The notes under the pieces are model-generated. The model saw nothing but the letters and a program-made list of their open reading frames with translations. It was not told where the DNA came from and searched no databases. A program made the translations under genes and the position numbers. A stretch of 64,000 nt of DNA from Malacoraja senta. Its lineage: Eukaryota. The DNA lies in NCBI GenBank assembly GCA_038087875.1, contig CM075989.1, positions 9,054,001 through 9,118,000 on the forward strand, written 5' to 3'. This document shows, piece after piece, positions 12,601-26,479 of this stretch (positions are counted from its first letter, which is position 1; the number at the start of each line of letters is the position of its first letter).

Positions 12601-14767
12601 GACAATGTCTTTGGCAAGAACATGGATAATATTGTGGAGATAGTTTGTTTTTTAAATCAGTTCAGTTTAGTTTATTGTCACGTGTACCGAGGTACACGGC
12701 AAAGCTTTTGTTGCGTGCTAACCAGTCAGCAGAAAGACAACACATGATTGCAATCGAGCCATTTACAGTGTATGGATACATGATAAGGGAATAACGTTTA
12801 GTGCAAGGTAAAGCCAGCAAAGTCCGATCAAGGATAGTCCGAGGGTCATCAAAGAGGTAGATAATAGCTCAGCACTGTTCTCTGGTTGTGGTAGGATGAT
12901 TCAGTTGCCTGATAACAGCTGGGAAGAAACTGTGTCTCTTAATGTGCTTCCTTCATTCAATAGTTCAACGGTTCTTTATTATCACGTACCAATATACAGT
13001 GAAAATTCTGTTTTTGCATACAGATCAGTGATTATTGCCAAGCATAAATACAATCCCCGATTAAATACAGAATATACAGAAACATCCCACTGAGTCCATA
13101 TACAAGAGTCACCAGGTTTTGGTGCCATTTTCAAAATCCAAGCTGCAGCCGGCCATAGAGGCCCATTGCAGCCGTCGCTTCCATTTGGATTGTCCAGCGA
13201 ACCTCCGTCCCTCTCCCCGCCCGGCCACCTTCAGCCTTCATGCAGCCGACCTCGATGGCGTAGAATATCAGACCCCCGGTTCTGCTTAACGGCCTTTTGT
13301 TTTGTAGCGTCCGCCACCATCGCCGACTGTCGTCCGTACGGTTAGAAACCGCGCCGGTTCCCGATCCTCGGGGATGAGCAGGTTCGGGGGCTTCCCTCTC
13401 CGGGTGGGGATCCAGTTCTGCGGTGGGCAAGCCAGGCTGGCTGCCGGGGTACATCCACGACCCAGGGCTAGCAGCAAGCTTTCACCACACGCAGCCCGTC
13501 GGGAGCTTGCATGGTACAGGAATAGTAAATACAATTAATGTCATTAACAGTTCAAAGAAGAACTTGAAGTATGTCAGATATATAATGCAGAAACAGGCCG
13601 TTTAGCCTAATTAGTCTGCATCTGTACATAAGTGCCACACACGCTTTGTGTTCACATATTTTCACTACAGATCATGTCCCAAAATAGCTGAACGTTCAGC
13701 AGTGGTTTTGTTGCATTCCTGGCATTATTATGTAATTGGCTTTACTTTCAAGTGACCAGACTTTGAAGAAAGGCTAAGAGAGAAAACCTTAAATCAGTTC
13801 TAAAGTAAATGAGTTTGAGACCCTGTCTTGCAGGTGGGCTGATGTTATCAGCTAAGGCCCAAGCCTGAGTGGGACCCAGAGGTTAATCTCACCACATGCA
13901 CTTCACATGAACACAAACAGCTTGGACTTATGTCGTACATTCTATGCAATAAAACATTCCAAAACACTTCACAGGAAAGCTTATAAAACAGAAATATAGA
14001 TTGAGACCGTCGGAAATATTCGCAGTGATGGCAGAAATCTTGGCTAAAGGGGTATGTCTTAAGAATGTGGCAAAGCAGAAGTGATGCAGAGAGGCCGATG
14101 GGTTTAACTGGAGGACAGATGGATAGAAGGTTGTAGGGCTGGAGGCCGTGCATTAATGATGGCTGGACACCATCATTACAAATGGACAGGGACCAATTCA
14201 GAGGATTTACAAACGAGGATGTTACCCGGAGCGCACGTGGTCTAACACCATTAGGCAACATCCTGTACAGATCGTATGGAAAGACTTCCAATGTCCACAA
14301 TCTAAATTAGCGAGGAAAATATCCCAAGACCTAGAAATCGAAGGAGATTCATTTTCTTGTATCGTAGAACAGTAGAGCGCAGGAACGGGCCAGTCAGCCC
14401 ACAAGGTTCGTGCTAAACATGATGCCAAGTTAAACTGATCTCATCTGCCTGTACATGATCCATATCACTCTATTCCCAGCACTATTGTATCTGCCTCCAC
14501 TACCACCCCTGGCAATGCCTTCCAGGCCTCCAGTACTCTCTGTATAAACAAATCTTGCCCCGCACATCTCCATGAATCTATCCATCTCTCACTGTAGAGC
14601 AATGCCTTCAAGGATTAGACATTTCCACCTTGGGGGAAACACGATCCGACACTCTACCTTATCTATTGCCTCTCATTATCGATGGAGTCTTAGTAGAAGA
14701 AGGAATATTGAGGAAGGGAAACACAAAGTGCCGAATGGAGAAAGAAGCAAATGCAGTTAGTTTTGAT

Positions 14768-14990
14768 TCAGATATTGAAACACAAAGTGCTGGAGCAACT
14801 CAACAGGTCAGGCAGCATCCCTGGAGAAAAGGAACAGGTGATGTTTCGGGTTGGAACCCTTCTTCAGACAGGCCCGACCTGAAACATAACCTGTTCCTTT
14901 TCTCCAAAGATGCTGCCCGACCCATTGGGTTACTCCAGCACTTTGTGTCTATCTTCCGTTTAAACCAGCATCTGCAATTCCTTTCTTCAC
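14768..14990. mobile_element. Inverted (hairpin) Penelope-terminus element
   Basis: Two inverted terminal modules flanked by tagttttgat at 14758-14767 and 14991-15000. Confidence 0.75.
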
Positions 14991-15024
14991 TAGTTTTGAT
15001 CATTCAGCTCTCGCCATCAACTGA

Positions 15025-15356
15025 ACATATAAAATTATTAAGGGATTGGATACGCTAAATGCAGGAAAAATGTTCCCAATGTTGGGGGAGTCCAGAACCT
15101 GGGGTCACAGTTTATGAATAAGGGGTAAGTCATTTAGGACTGAGATGAGGAAAAACTTTTTCACCAAGAGAGTTGTGAATCTGTGGAATTGTCTGCCACG
15201 GAAGACAGTGGAGGCCAATCACTGGATGTATTCAAGAGAGAGTTGGATATAGCTCTTAGGGCTAATGGAATCAAGGGATATGGGGAGAAAGCAGGAACGG
15301 GATACTGATTCAAAGGGCCGAATGACCAAATCCTGCACCTATTTTCTATGTTTCTA
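15025..15356 (+). mobile_element. CR1-clade LINE 3' end
   Basis: YKIIKGLD..SRTWGHSL..VVNLWN.LP motifs and tctatgttt tail. Confidence 0.85.
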
Positions 15357-15931
15357 AACCTTTTCATTCAGATCTTTAACAATGCGATTCCTATTTACTC
15401 GGTGAAGCTCATTAAAAGGATTGTGTTATATTTTGCAAGACATTTCCCTTGGAAAGAGTTCACCTGGTGCCAGTATAGGAAGGTTCCTCTGTGGTGTGAG
15501 GAACTTGCTCCTTTAATGAGGAGCTCAGTGCTTCCGCTTTGGTGCTTTGCTGTGTTCTGATCCTAATTGAGGCAGTCGTCATTGGAAGGAGACTTTGCGA
15601 GCTGTCGGCCTGTACAATAAATCAAATAAAACATCTGCCGCTCCGAGCCTGAACTAAAAATTAATGAAAGGTTCCTCGGGCCATTAGGTGAGCCAGCTCT
15701 AAAAGATATACCACGTATTTATTCCTCACAGTGCAGGCTGCAAAAACAATCAATGGAAATTCATCTTCAACCTGGGAGTAATGGCAGCCATTTGGAGCCA
15801 TTTCCATCTTGATATTAAACGAGAATCTGTTTGCTTCTCCACCATTCCTACAGAGCCAGCACCAAAGGGTGAATTCCTCCCCCTTGAAGCTCATAGTTCC
15901 TCACGGAAGCAATGGATTCGAAAAGCTTACC

Positions 15932-16232
15932 TGAGGCACAGTGGCGCAGCTGGTAGAGCCGCTGCCTTATATCGATCATGACTCCGGGTGCTGTCTGTGT
16001 GGAGTCTGCACATTTACCCTATGACTGCGTGGGCTTCCTCTGGGTGCTCCGATTTCTTCCCACATCCCAAGAAAAGGAGCAGGCCTTTAGATTAATTGGC
16101 TTCTGTAAAATGCCCCTGGTGTGTAGGGAGTGTTCGCGAAAGTGGGCGAACATCGAACTAGTGTGAACGGGCGATCGATGGTCAGCGCGGAATTAGTGAA
16201 CCAAATGACCCGTTTCCATGCTGTATCTCTTT
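15932..16232 (+). mobile_element. V-SINE (HE1-like)
   Basis: ggcacagtggcgcagctggtagagc head, V core, tail. Confidence 0.8.
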
Positions 16233-16929
16233 AAAAAGACATTGCCTATCCATGTCCTCCAGTGATACTGGCTGACTCACTGAGTTATACCAGGACTTTA
16301 TGTTCTATGCAAGATTCCAGCATCTGCAGTTCCTAGTGTCTTGGACTCAAAAAATTGAGCATAGTCATTCCTGAATAATCCTGCTTTTTTCTAAGACGCA
16401 CAAGCAAATAAGATTATCCAGTTTAGGATCCCAAGAAAATAATGAAAAGACAACTTTGGATACAAAGAATAATCTTGGTTAATGTATCTTTTGGAACGAA
16501 GAGTGTCCCTTAATTATCAAGAATGAGCAACCTGACCTTGAGAGAGTAAATTGATGCAATGGACTGCCAACTGGGCCGACTCTGCTCATAAGAGCTATCT
16601 AAACTTGCTAATTCTACCTGCGAAAGTGTTTTATTTTAAATGTAGCCACGTTCTGTCAGACAACACTGGGTCCGTGAGTTCTCTTGCATCAGAGAATCAG
16701 TGCACATGAAATTCTGCAAATGGTCACCAACGTTTTGCTTTTGCCAAGAGTACAGAGCCACTACTTCATTCAGCAAGCTGGAAGGCAGCTCCTCAGCCAG
16801 TGAAAGGCAAGGAACTGGCGAGGGGGAAGAAATGTCTTGGTTGAAATCGTTAAGGAGGAAGCAGGAACATTTGGTGCTCTTGGGGTGAATGGAGGTGTAA
16901 TGGGACAGGAGTAATGGGACAGGTTCACC

Positions 16930-17215
16930 GGCGGCACAGTGGTTACAGCATTACAGTTGCTGCCTTATGGCGCCAGAGACCCAGGTTTGATCCTGACCTC
17001 AGGTGTTGGCTGTATGGAGTTTGTAGGTTCTCCCTGTGACCGTGTGGGTTTTCCTCCAGGTGCTCTGCTTTCCTCCCACATGCCAAAGACGTGCAGGTTT
17101 GTAGGTTAATTGGCTTCTGTGATGTGTAAATTGCCACTGGTGTGTAGGATAGTGCTGGTTTACGGAGACTTAGTGTGCCGAAGGGCTTGTTTCCAGGCTG
17201 TATCTCTAAAGTCTA
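16930..17215 (+). mobile_element. V-SINE (HE1-like)
   Basis: Consensus head, core and tail. Confidence 0.85.
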
Positions 17216-17745
17216 AAGGTTAACAAAGCAACCTGTTTCTGCTGGGGATCCCCAGGGAAAGGGGTGGAATGAATTGAAGTGGGATCGCGTGAAAGGGAAG
17301 TGAGCGGTGCTATGGTAAGGCGGTTTCTATTGCTTTCCTCCATTTGATTTTCACAGAGGTTATCCACTGGATCATTTGAGATCTTGGTCATTTCTCCCAA
17401 CCCATTAATCTGTAGTCCACGATCCTTTTGTCACACTCCACCCTTGTCATACCAAACTCCTGGCTGGTTCCATGTTCTCTGTGTTATAATGAGTACTTTA
17501 ATGCTGCCTGAAATTGCCACCATTCAAGAATAGCACAGAAGTGCTGTTGCAACAGGTTATGATAAATAAGAGGCACAGTGGAGCTCCTGCTTCCTGGAAA
17601 AGACTTGGCCAACATCTGCTTTTGATTTAGAAGAGGGAAGTTCTACTGCCAACTGCTCAATGTGGAACACTTGTGCCGCCATAAGTGTTAGTGTGACTAT
17701 TTTAACAGTACCGAGCCTCCTTATCATCTAATTATACCAGCTGTA

Positions 17746-18056
17746 GGGGCAGCACAGTGAAGCAGCTGATAGAAGTTCTTCCTCACGCCGCCTGAGACCA
17801 GGTTCGATCCTAACCTTGGGTGCAGTCTGTGTGGAGTTTGCACATTCTCCCTGTGACCATGTGGGTTTCCTGCCACATACCCCAAAATGTGTTGGTTTGT
17901 AGGTTAATTCTCCTCTGTAAATTTCTCCTCGTGTGTAGGGAGTGGATGAGACACTGGGATAACACAGCTCTAGTGCGAATAGGAGATCGATGGCCGTCAT
18001 GGACTTGGTGGACCCAAAGGAGCTGTTTCCACGCTGTATCTCTAAACTAAACTAAA
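17746..18056 (+). mobile_element. V-SINE (HE1-like)
   Basis: Consensus head and core, (ctaaa)n tail. Confidence 0.8.
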
Positions 18057-18069
18057 TTAATGTCTACTA

Positions 18070-18300
18070 TTGTCTGGGAAGGAGCTGTAGATGCTGGTTT
18101 ACACCGAAGATAGACGCAAAAAGCTGGAGTAACTCAGCTGGTCAGGCAGAATCTCTGGAGAAAAGGAATAGGTGAGGTTTCGGGTCGAGACCCTTCTTCT
18201 TCCAGTCTGAAGAAGGGTCTCGAGCCGAAACGTCATCTATTCCTTCTCTCCAGAGATGCTGCCTGACCCGCTGAGTTACTCCAGCTTTTTGTGTCTATCT
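18070..18300. mobile_element. Inverted (hairpin) Penelope-terminus element
   Basis: ~95-bp inverted arms; direct repeat ttaatgtctacta at 18057-18069 and 18301-18313. Confidence 0.85.
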
Positions 18301-19044
18301 TTAATGTCTACTAATGTGTGGCTGTAGTTCAAAAAATGACTTGATTTGTTGTCAAGCCCTCCAAGATGCCCTACTGATGTGGACATCAAGATGTCCCACT
18401 GATGTGGACAAATGCAATAGAAATAGAGAACCCTCTTCTAGAGGAGCACAAGAGTTAAAAAACCTGAAACCCAACGTGTGGCTTCCTCATCAGACAGTAG
18501 CCAGATGAGGTGATGACTGGTAATGGCTGAAGTTCGAACCTTCCTTCCTGAGTTCAGAGAGTCTCACATGATTAGGCCAATGAGTAGTGTTGGGGTTTGC
18601 TGCCAAGACTCAAGTGAAGGCTTGCTTCAACCAGACTGTTATTGTTTTAAATACAGACGAACAATGGCGATGAGATTAATGCAATTTAATGCTGGTCACC
18701 CCCCTCCCCCCTCCATTATAGCGCCAGGCTCACAGCCAGGATACTGACAATGTGATCTCTCTGGAGTTTGGTCGTTTAATTCAAGATTTCATTTGTTTTT
18801 CTACTTCTTCACTTGCTCGAGAGATTCCAGTCAGGGAATATATCTGAAACATTATTTTTTTCCCCCAATTTTTAAAAATTATTTCTCAATATGAAAATAT
18901 GTTTGTTGCCTTTTCTTCTGCTAATCTAAACAGTCTAGCCTTTTACAGAAGGAGCAATCCCTGTGGAACAATGGCAAGAACCTATTCCAGCTCTCTTCAA
19001 AAATAGGGCGTTGATGACGTTAAGAATGGGGCAGAGGATGTAAG

Positions 19045-19332
19045 CAAAGATCCTATAGCAAGCAAGATGGATCACTCGACGAAAAAGACGTAGTACGGTC
19101 ATGGGCAGATTCATGGGTAATTTTCGGCCCCATTTCCGTAACCTGCTTCCGTCTCCGCACCAAAGATCCCATAGCGGAGCAAAGATAACTAGTGCGGAGA
19201 CGGAAGCCGGTTACGGAAACATCCTCGTAAAAATAAAAGTTATTTGGTAAAGATCCCGTTCCGTTGCGTACTACACGTCAGCCCATTGCATTTAGCAGGA
19301 GTGGTCTATCTTGCTCTGCTATAGGATCTTTG
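19045..19332. mobile_element. MITE with 8-bp TSD (hAT- or P-like)
   Basis: Imperfect ~33-bp TIRs caaagatcctatagc.../...gctataggatctttg; exact TSD gatgtaag at 19037-19044 and 19333-19340. Confidence 0.85.
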
Positions 19333-21662
19333 GATGTAAGTACTCTCGTCATCTGGCACACTGTTCAAACAAGTTTACTTCTGGTCGAAATAAACTGAAT
19401 TAAAATTCTGCTTGAATGAAAACATTATGAATAATGCAATCAAGTGAACTTAATTTCACCCCCTCAAGGAACAGGAAGTGGCCAAAATAATATCCTTATG
19501 TGTCTCTTGGGCCTCTAGCATTGCATCCTTTCTCGTGTTATGAAGCCATTTTGACTAAAGGTCCCATGTCTTTATCCTCAACTTGGCTGGGACCAGTTCA
19601 AGGAAGTAGAATGACTTGGTAATCCTATGTTATCCCCTCACAACTTGTGGACCAGGTTCTGCTCTGATGCTCCCATTGTTGAATAACCAAGCCACAGTAC
19701 GTTCATTGTAACACTGGGGCAGATACAAAATGCTGGTGTTACTCAGCGGGTCAGGCAGCATCTCTGGAGAAAAAGAATAGGTGACGTTTCGGGTCGGAAC
19801 CCTTCTTCTGACACGCCATCTTGAATCAAATGATACACGAGCACAACAGGTAGCACAAAGAGAAAAATACCAGAGTACAGCAAACAGTGTTAGAGCATTT
19901 TAGCGCTCAAGTTACAGTGCAGAAAGTGCAGATTTAAAAAAGTGCAAGGGCTGCAATGAAGTGGGTTGGGAGACCAGGCTGAAATCCTTAGCTCATGAGA
20001 GGTATATTCAGTAGTGTGACCTCAGTGGGGAAGAAACCTCTAACTGAGCCACGGTGTCAACTCCTGCCCTGACCTGACACAGCTCGGATGGATCGAAGCA
20101 AACCATTCTGCCGCCCACGATATCCTCATCTGGCTGTCAACCTTGTACGTGTAGTGTTAACTCGTAGATTTTTTGCTCCCAGCCTGTGTCTTATTTGCGG
20201 AGTTTTGCTTGATCTTAACATCATTGAGCGCTCCCATAAATAAACGCTCTACAACGAAGAGCAGGTTTACTCGACAACAGTGATGCATTCAGGGCTCAAC
20301 TGGAAGTCTTGTGCTTCGTTCTGGATTTTCCTCGCAAAACCTTCCCAATTTCCTACCACTTTTTCCTCTGGTGAGAATGAGATGCACCTTTTTAGTACTG
20401 GCCAAGGTTTTGACGACCAGCTCTGACGGCCCCTGAATCATATTTTGTTTGTAACGCTCACCATTAAAGGGAAGTACAACCCGTGCGAATTATTGTTGCA
20501 GCATTTCAGCGTGGGCGTGCACACTGCTTGCCTTGCCTTTCAGTTCACAGAAAATGCTGGGAACACTCAGCAGGTCAGGCAGCCTCTGTGGAGCAAGAAA
20601 CAGTTAATATTTCAGCTAAAAAACCCTTCCTCAGAAACAGAGATTTTATTTTTCTCTTTCCGAGTTCTGTTGGTGTTGGGCCTCTCTTCCCCTCTCCACA
20701 ATTGTTGCCTGAGCTACTGAGTGCTTCCAGCATTTTCTCTTTTTGTTTCCGATTTCTGCAAACTGCAGTTTGTCTCATTTTCGTTTGCTTCCCAACTCCT
20801 CTGCCTTCTCGCGATCCCAATGGAATCTGCAGCCCAGCCGCCTTTGCCCCGAACTCCCTCGCAACCCACCAATTCCGCACCCCAGTCCTGCAAGGAACAC
20901 CGTGCCAACGGTACAAGAAAGAATTTGAGAGAGGGAACCTCCCCCCCCCCCCCTGGACATCTTGGCCCAGGGTCTCCTGACTTGTGGAAGCCCAATTGTA
21001 AATGTCAGTCAAGATTGGGGTTTAACATTGGGCCTACTTCTTGGCAGCGTTAGCTCTGCTCAGAACTTGCCAAAGCTTATCATTCATTAAATCTGATCCT
21101 TTTGGATCTCAACGGCGAACTGCAGTCAGCAGCATACTTTACATTCTGCTGCGGTGTTGCCTCTCTGACGACCCCTGTGCTGAGCAGTAAGCATTGTTGC
21201 CAGTAACCATCCCCTGGCCTGCTTCGTTGTTTGAGACACCAGTGTATGTTTTCAAACCTACAGTAGCTGCTCTTTGTTTAGCATTATTTGAGGCTGCTGC
21301 AGTTAGTTTTGCCAGCTGCTCCGTGGGTCTGCTGCCAACTAGCTGATCGGCGACCCGAAGCATTTGTCGCTACCACTAAGTTTTTAAATAGACGTGGCTT
21401 GGGTTGATCCTTGCCCGCCACCTCCCTGCCACCCCGTCGCTGGGATGTCACGCCTTCTCCAGCCACGTAGCACGGGCTCCTTCATTCCTAATTCTATTCA
21501 GCCACGGCCTGCAAAGGTTGTGGGATTCTGAGCTGCGGGTACAATCCACACACACAAACATCGGCCTACAAACGCAGTGCACGCAACAAAATAAGGCTCT
21601 ATTTTCCACAGCACATTTCATGACCTTTGGATATATTGCAACTTTGTTTGCAGCTGGTCACT

Positions 21663-21990
21663 ATTGATTGATTGAGTAGAAGACACAGCATAGAAACAGG
21701 CTCTTTGCCCCAGCGAGACCTCGCCAACAACGATCACCCATTCCTGCTTGTTCTACGTTATCCCGCTTTCTCACCCGCTCCCGACACACTGGGGGGCAAT
21801 TTACAGAGGGCCAATTAACCTGCAAACCCACACATCTTTCAGCTGTTGGAGGAAACGGGAGCAACCGGAGGAAACCCACACGGTCACAGGGAGAACGTGC
21901 AAACTCCACACAGACAGTACCCGAGGTCAGGATCGAACCCGGGTGTCTGGCGCTGTGAGGGAGCAGGTCTACCAGCTGTGCCACTGCACC
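21663..21990 (-). mobile_element. V-SINE (HE1-like)
   Basis: Reverse-complement consensus with a (caat)n tail. Confidence 0.85.
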
Positions 21991-22134
21991 ACTAATTATA
22001 CAGCAGAAGATGGGCCTGCCAGATTGTTAAGCAAGCTTCCACAAGCAGCAATGAGATTCCGTGCTGGAGACACTAAAGACTGTAGTTGCTGGAATGTGGA
22101 GCAAAAAAAACCCAAACTGCTGGAGGAGGTCAAG

Positions 22135-22440
22135 ACAAAAGGAACTGCATATCCTGGATTCTTGACCAAAGCACAAGGCGCTGGAGGAACTCAGCGGGAC
22201 AGGCAGCATCTGTGGAGGGAATAGATGGCTGACGATTCAGGACCTTTCTTCAGACTTGGGAAAGAGTTTGGGATACGTTTGGCACAAGGACTGTTCAATG
22301 TAATCAACAAAAAGGGAGGCACAGCTGGAGCCCATTCGAGTGCCCATGGCTACAGCTTTGACTTGAAGAAAGTGAGAGGAGTCACAAAAGATGTTATTGA
22401 TGGGATGGTGAGAACAAGTTCCATCAGCGGGAGGAGAGAC
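22135..22440 (-). mobile_element. Penelope-like fragment with RT remnant
   Basis: ORF 22237-22470 contains FLQVKAVAMGTRMGSSCASLFVDYIE, resembling the PLE RT motif QxxGxAMG, joined to a terminal module. Confidence 0.7.
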
Positions 22441-24257
22441 GTAGTCGCAACAAGAAGGGTCATAAATCATGTGATAGGAGTAGGATTAGGCCATTCGGCC
22501 CATCAAGACTACTCCGCCATTCAATCATGGCTGATCTATCTCTCCCTCCTAACCCCATTCTCCGGCCTTCTCCCCATAACCTCTGACACCTGTACTAATC
22601 AAGAATCTATCTATCTCTGCCTTAAAAATGTCCATTGACTTGGACTCCACAGCCTTCCGTGGCAAAGAATTCCACAGATTCACCACCTTCTGACTAAAGA
22701 AATTTCTCCTCATCTCCTTCCTAAAAGAACTTCCTTTAATCCTTTAAATTAGTCCTGACCAAAAGTCCACAGATGCTGTCTGACGGTCTTTATGTACGGC
22801 AATAATCTCATTGATCTAGATGCAAAAAATGTATTTCACTGTATCTTTGGTACACGAACAATAAAGGAACGATTGATTGATTGACTCCAGCAGTTTGTTC
22901 TTTGCATGAGATTCTCAGTCGTTGCTTGCAAAGTTTCATGTGGGCCTGGCCGTGGTCAACATGTCGCGCATTGGTGGGAATCAGTGCGTGAGGAGACATG
23001 GTTTTGGGCTGAGAACGACACAGTTTGCTCTGCAGGCAGTTCACTGTGGACCAGATAAAGATATGAAAACCGCATTACAACCACTTCTGGGAAAGGCAAA
23101 AAATGCTTGCAATTTGTTTGTATAAATTTACTTCCGAGCTCTGTTTTTACCTCGCAACCTCAGAAGAAAGAGAAGGCCTTCAGTGCTCATAAACAGTCTG
23201 CTCGGGACTTTATTTATGCTGAATATTTGGATTATTTTAATAAGGAACAAGAATTGCCAAGAGAATTACATTTATTTAGTTACTCTGTTCACCAAATGAC
23301 GTCTCAAAAAGGGTCGCCTACGAGGGATTATTCCGCAGTTTCTGCTACTCTCCCACATTTCAGTTAAATGCACGAAGAGTGAGGAATCGCAGTCAACCCT
23401 TGCAGATACAGCATGAAAATAGGCTCTTCGGCCCATTGAGTCCATGCCAACCATTTATTGTGTCCAATTATCCTACAAATCCACACGTCTTTGGGATGTG
23501 GTAGGAAACCGGAGCCCCCGGAGGAAAACCCATGCAGTTGCATGGGGAACGTGCAAACTCTACACAGACAGCACCCAAAGTCCAGATCGAGCAGTGTGGA
23601 TGTGGCGATGAATGGTCTTTATGAGGTGATGGGGCATCTTCTGTGGTCCAGAATGCAAAATCCAAGTACTGTGGTGAGGAGACTTTCTGAAGGGAATGTG
23701 GTTCAATTCTGATATATCGGTTATGTACATATATAACTCTGATATGTAATTCAGATATAACTTTGATATATGCACCATTGTATCTGCATTTTAGTGCCTC
23801 CTTTTGAAATTCAGTTCACATTATTGTCCTTTGAAAGAGATCCAATCATTTGGTTTTAAAGACTTCAATGCGACTAAATGGGAGAGGATGCAATGACTGA
23901 ATCAAACTCATTAAAGCAATTGACCCAAGCTTACTTCTCACAACCAAGTGGTCCACTCTAACTTCACTTCCCCAGAAGCTCAGCATCGTAGAGTTCTTTC
24001 CTTCCTCTCATTTTCCCTTTCTCTGGAAACAGGTTTCCACGTGGTTCTGTGGAGTCACTTGGTCACTGCATTAGCACTGGAGGTTTGGAGGTTCACGACC
24101 AGCTGAGAGACAGTTAGCCTGTTTTTCTCCCCACAGATGCTGCCAGATCTGTGGGGAGGATTTCCAGCATTTTCTGCATTTATTTCTGATTCAATTCAAA
24201 AGCATGGCATTTTATGGTGGAGCTGTTGGGGTTAAATGGACACATCTTTAGAAGGTG

Positions 24258-24537
24258 GGTGGTACAGTGGCGCAGTGGTAGAGTTGCTGCCTTACAGTGC
24301 CAGAGACCTGGGTTTGATCCTGACTATGGGTGCTGTCTGTATCGAGTTTGTAAGTTCTCCCTGTGACCAGGTGGGTTTTCTCCGGGTGCTCTGGTTTCCT
24401 CCCACACTCCAAAGACAGACAGGTTTGTAGGTTAATTGGCTCTGGTATGTAGGATAGAACTAGTGTATGGGTGATCACTGGTCGGTGCAGACTTGATGGG
24501 CCGAAGGGTCTGTTTCGATATGTATCTCTAAACTAAA
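24258..24537 (+). mobile_element. V-SINE (HE1-like)
   Basis: Consensus head, core and tail. Confidence 0.85.
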
Positions 24538-25514
24538 TTTAAAAAAACGTTGAAACGGACTAAATACGCCTATTTAGTTAGCTTTTAATTTAGAAATCAA
24601 GGTGAAAGATCAAAGCCCATAACCCAGGACATCAGCAAGGCTTAAAGAGGCACGTTAAATTGGAAACTACTGCTTTAGCTGCTGTCACAACGATCCCAAT
24701 GACCAGATCGTGCCACATCAGCCTGAGATTTTGTTGCTCATAATTCACTTGAGGCAATGTGAGGCCAGGAATGGGGTCAGGCTGGGAATGTAAAACATGA
24801 GGCTTAAACAAAAAAACATAAAGTGCTGCAGTAACTCACTGGGTCAGACTGCAGACCAGGGATAGACGGCGTGTTGTGTCGGGACACTTCTTCAACTATC
24901 GTGGGGGGGGGGGGGGGGGGGGGGGATTGGCAGGGGAGACATCTGGAAGTGAAGAGATGCTGTCTGACCCGCTGAGTTACTTTGTGTCTTTTCATGTTAA
25001 CCGGCATCTGCAGTTCCTTGTTTTCGACATGTGGCTTCACTTTGTTGGGAAAATTGTTTGTTCTTGAAAGACTTTGAGGTTAATTTTCCTTTTGTGAGTG
25101 CACTGTTTAATCCATCAGTGGCATTTACATGGTATGCTTTTTAACCCAGCCGATTTAGATTCTTGTATAGCAACAATGTGGAAAGTCTCTACCGACCACC
25201 TCTCGTGCTACCACGCACTTGTTTTCTAATGATGTTTTGCACGAATGCCTTGTTTTTGCACAGTCTTTCTATTCACTGTCTTCTGGAATATAGGTGTCAT
25301 TTATGTTTCTGTGCGTTAGCTGAGTCTACGCGCTGTGATGCTGCTGCATACACGTTTTTTTATCGTGCCTGTACCTCACCATACCTGTGCTCATGGCAAT
25401 ACACTCGACATGACTTGACTTGAACTGACCCAAGGTGAACTTCCCTGACAAAAGTTTCATTGTAATCTTCCTCTCCAGAAGCTCGTTGGAGATACTGAGT
25501 CACTGTGTGGTTTC

Positions 25515-26060
25515 TTGACAGTTGCCAAACACTTTAACCCCCCTTCCCATTCCCACACTGACCTTTCAGGCCTGGGCCTCCCCCACTGTCAGAGTGAGCC
25601 AAACGCAAATTGGAGGAACGGCACCTCATATCTAGCTTGGTCAGCTTACACCCCAGTGGTATGTATATTGATTTCGCTAACTTCAAGTAACCCTTGCATC
25701 CCCTCTCTCTCCACCCCTCCCCACCCTAGTCATCGTACTAGTTTCACTGTCATCCTGTTGAGTTTCACTGCCTGCATAACTCATTATCTCCTAGCACACA
25801 GCCAACAATGGACCATTGTGGGCTCCACCCTTCCTTGATCATCATTATTTTTTGCATATCTCTCATTCATTTGTTCTATACTTCTCTATTTCACTATCTA
25901 TTTCTCTCGTTTCCCTTTCCCCGGACTCAGTCTGAAGAAGGATCTCAGCCCGAAATGTCACCTATTCCTTTACTCCAGAGATGCTGCCTGACCCGCTGAG
26001 TTAATCCAGCTTTTTGTGTCTACTTTCAGTTTAAACCAGCATCTGCAGTTTCTTCCCACA
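25515..26060 (+). mobile_element. Penelope-like element 3' part (GIY-YIG C-terminus and terminal module)
   Basis: VAKHFNPPSHSHTDLSGLGL..., then cagtctgaagaagg..gaaatgtcacc..cagcatctgcagtt. Confidence 0.8.
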
Positions 26061-26479
26061 CAATAACATTGTGGGTTTGCTTCACCAATCTCCTTGATTT
26101 TATTTCTATTGGTTCTCGATCACAATATCTTACACTCGAGGCCAAAGTCTACCCCCTTAACCCTTCAACACTCTGCAGAGGGTTCAATCTCGGGAAGTCA
26201 TCTGCCCATTTCCCTTGGTCAGTCTGAAGAAGCGCATCGGCCCGAAACGTCACCCATTGCTTCTCTCCAGAGATGCTGCCTGTCCTGCTGAGTTACTCCA
26301 GCATTTTGTGTCTATCTTTGCCCATGTCCCTTCACAGGTGCTGCCTGTCCCGTTGTGTTCCTCCAGCACTTTGTTCTTTGCTCAAGATTCAATCATCTGC
26401 AATTCCTCATGACCACTCCCTTATCTACGCTCCTGATTCTTCCAACCTTGTTCAGCAAACTTTTGGATTGTTTTCTCTG

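Noticed and set aside
21139..21667. Short ORFs in unique DNA as a possible nested gene in intron 2
   Set aside because: No recognisable domain, consistent splice pattern or other supporting exons.
24258..24330. tRNA gene suggested by A/B-box-like motifs
   Set aside because: These are tRNA-derived SINE heads running directly into the V core; no complete cloverleaf.
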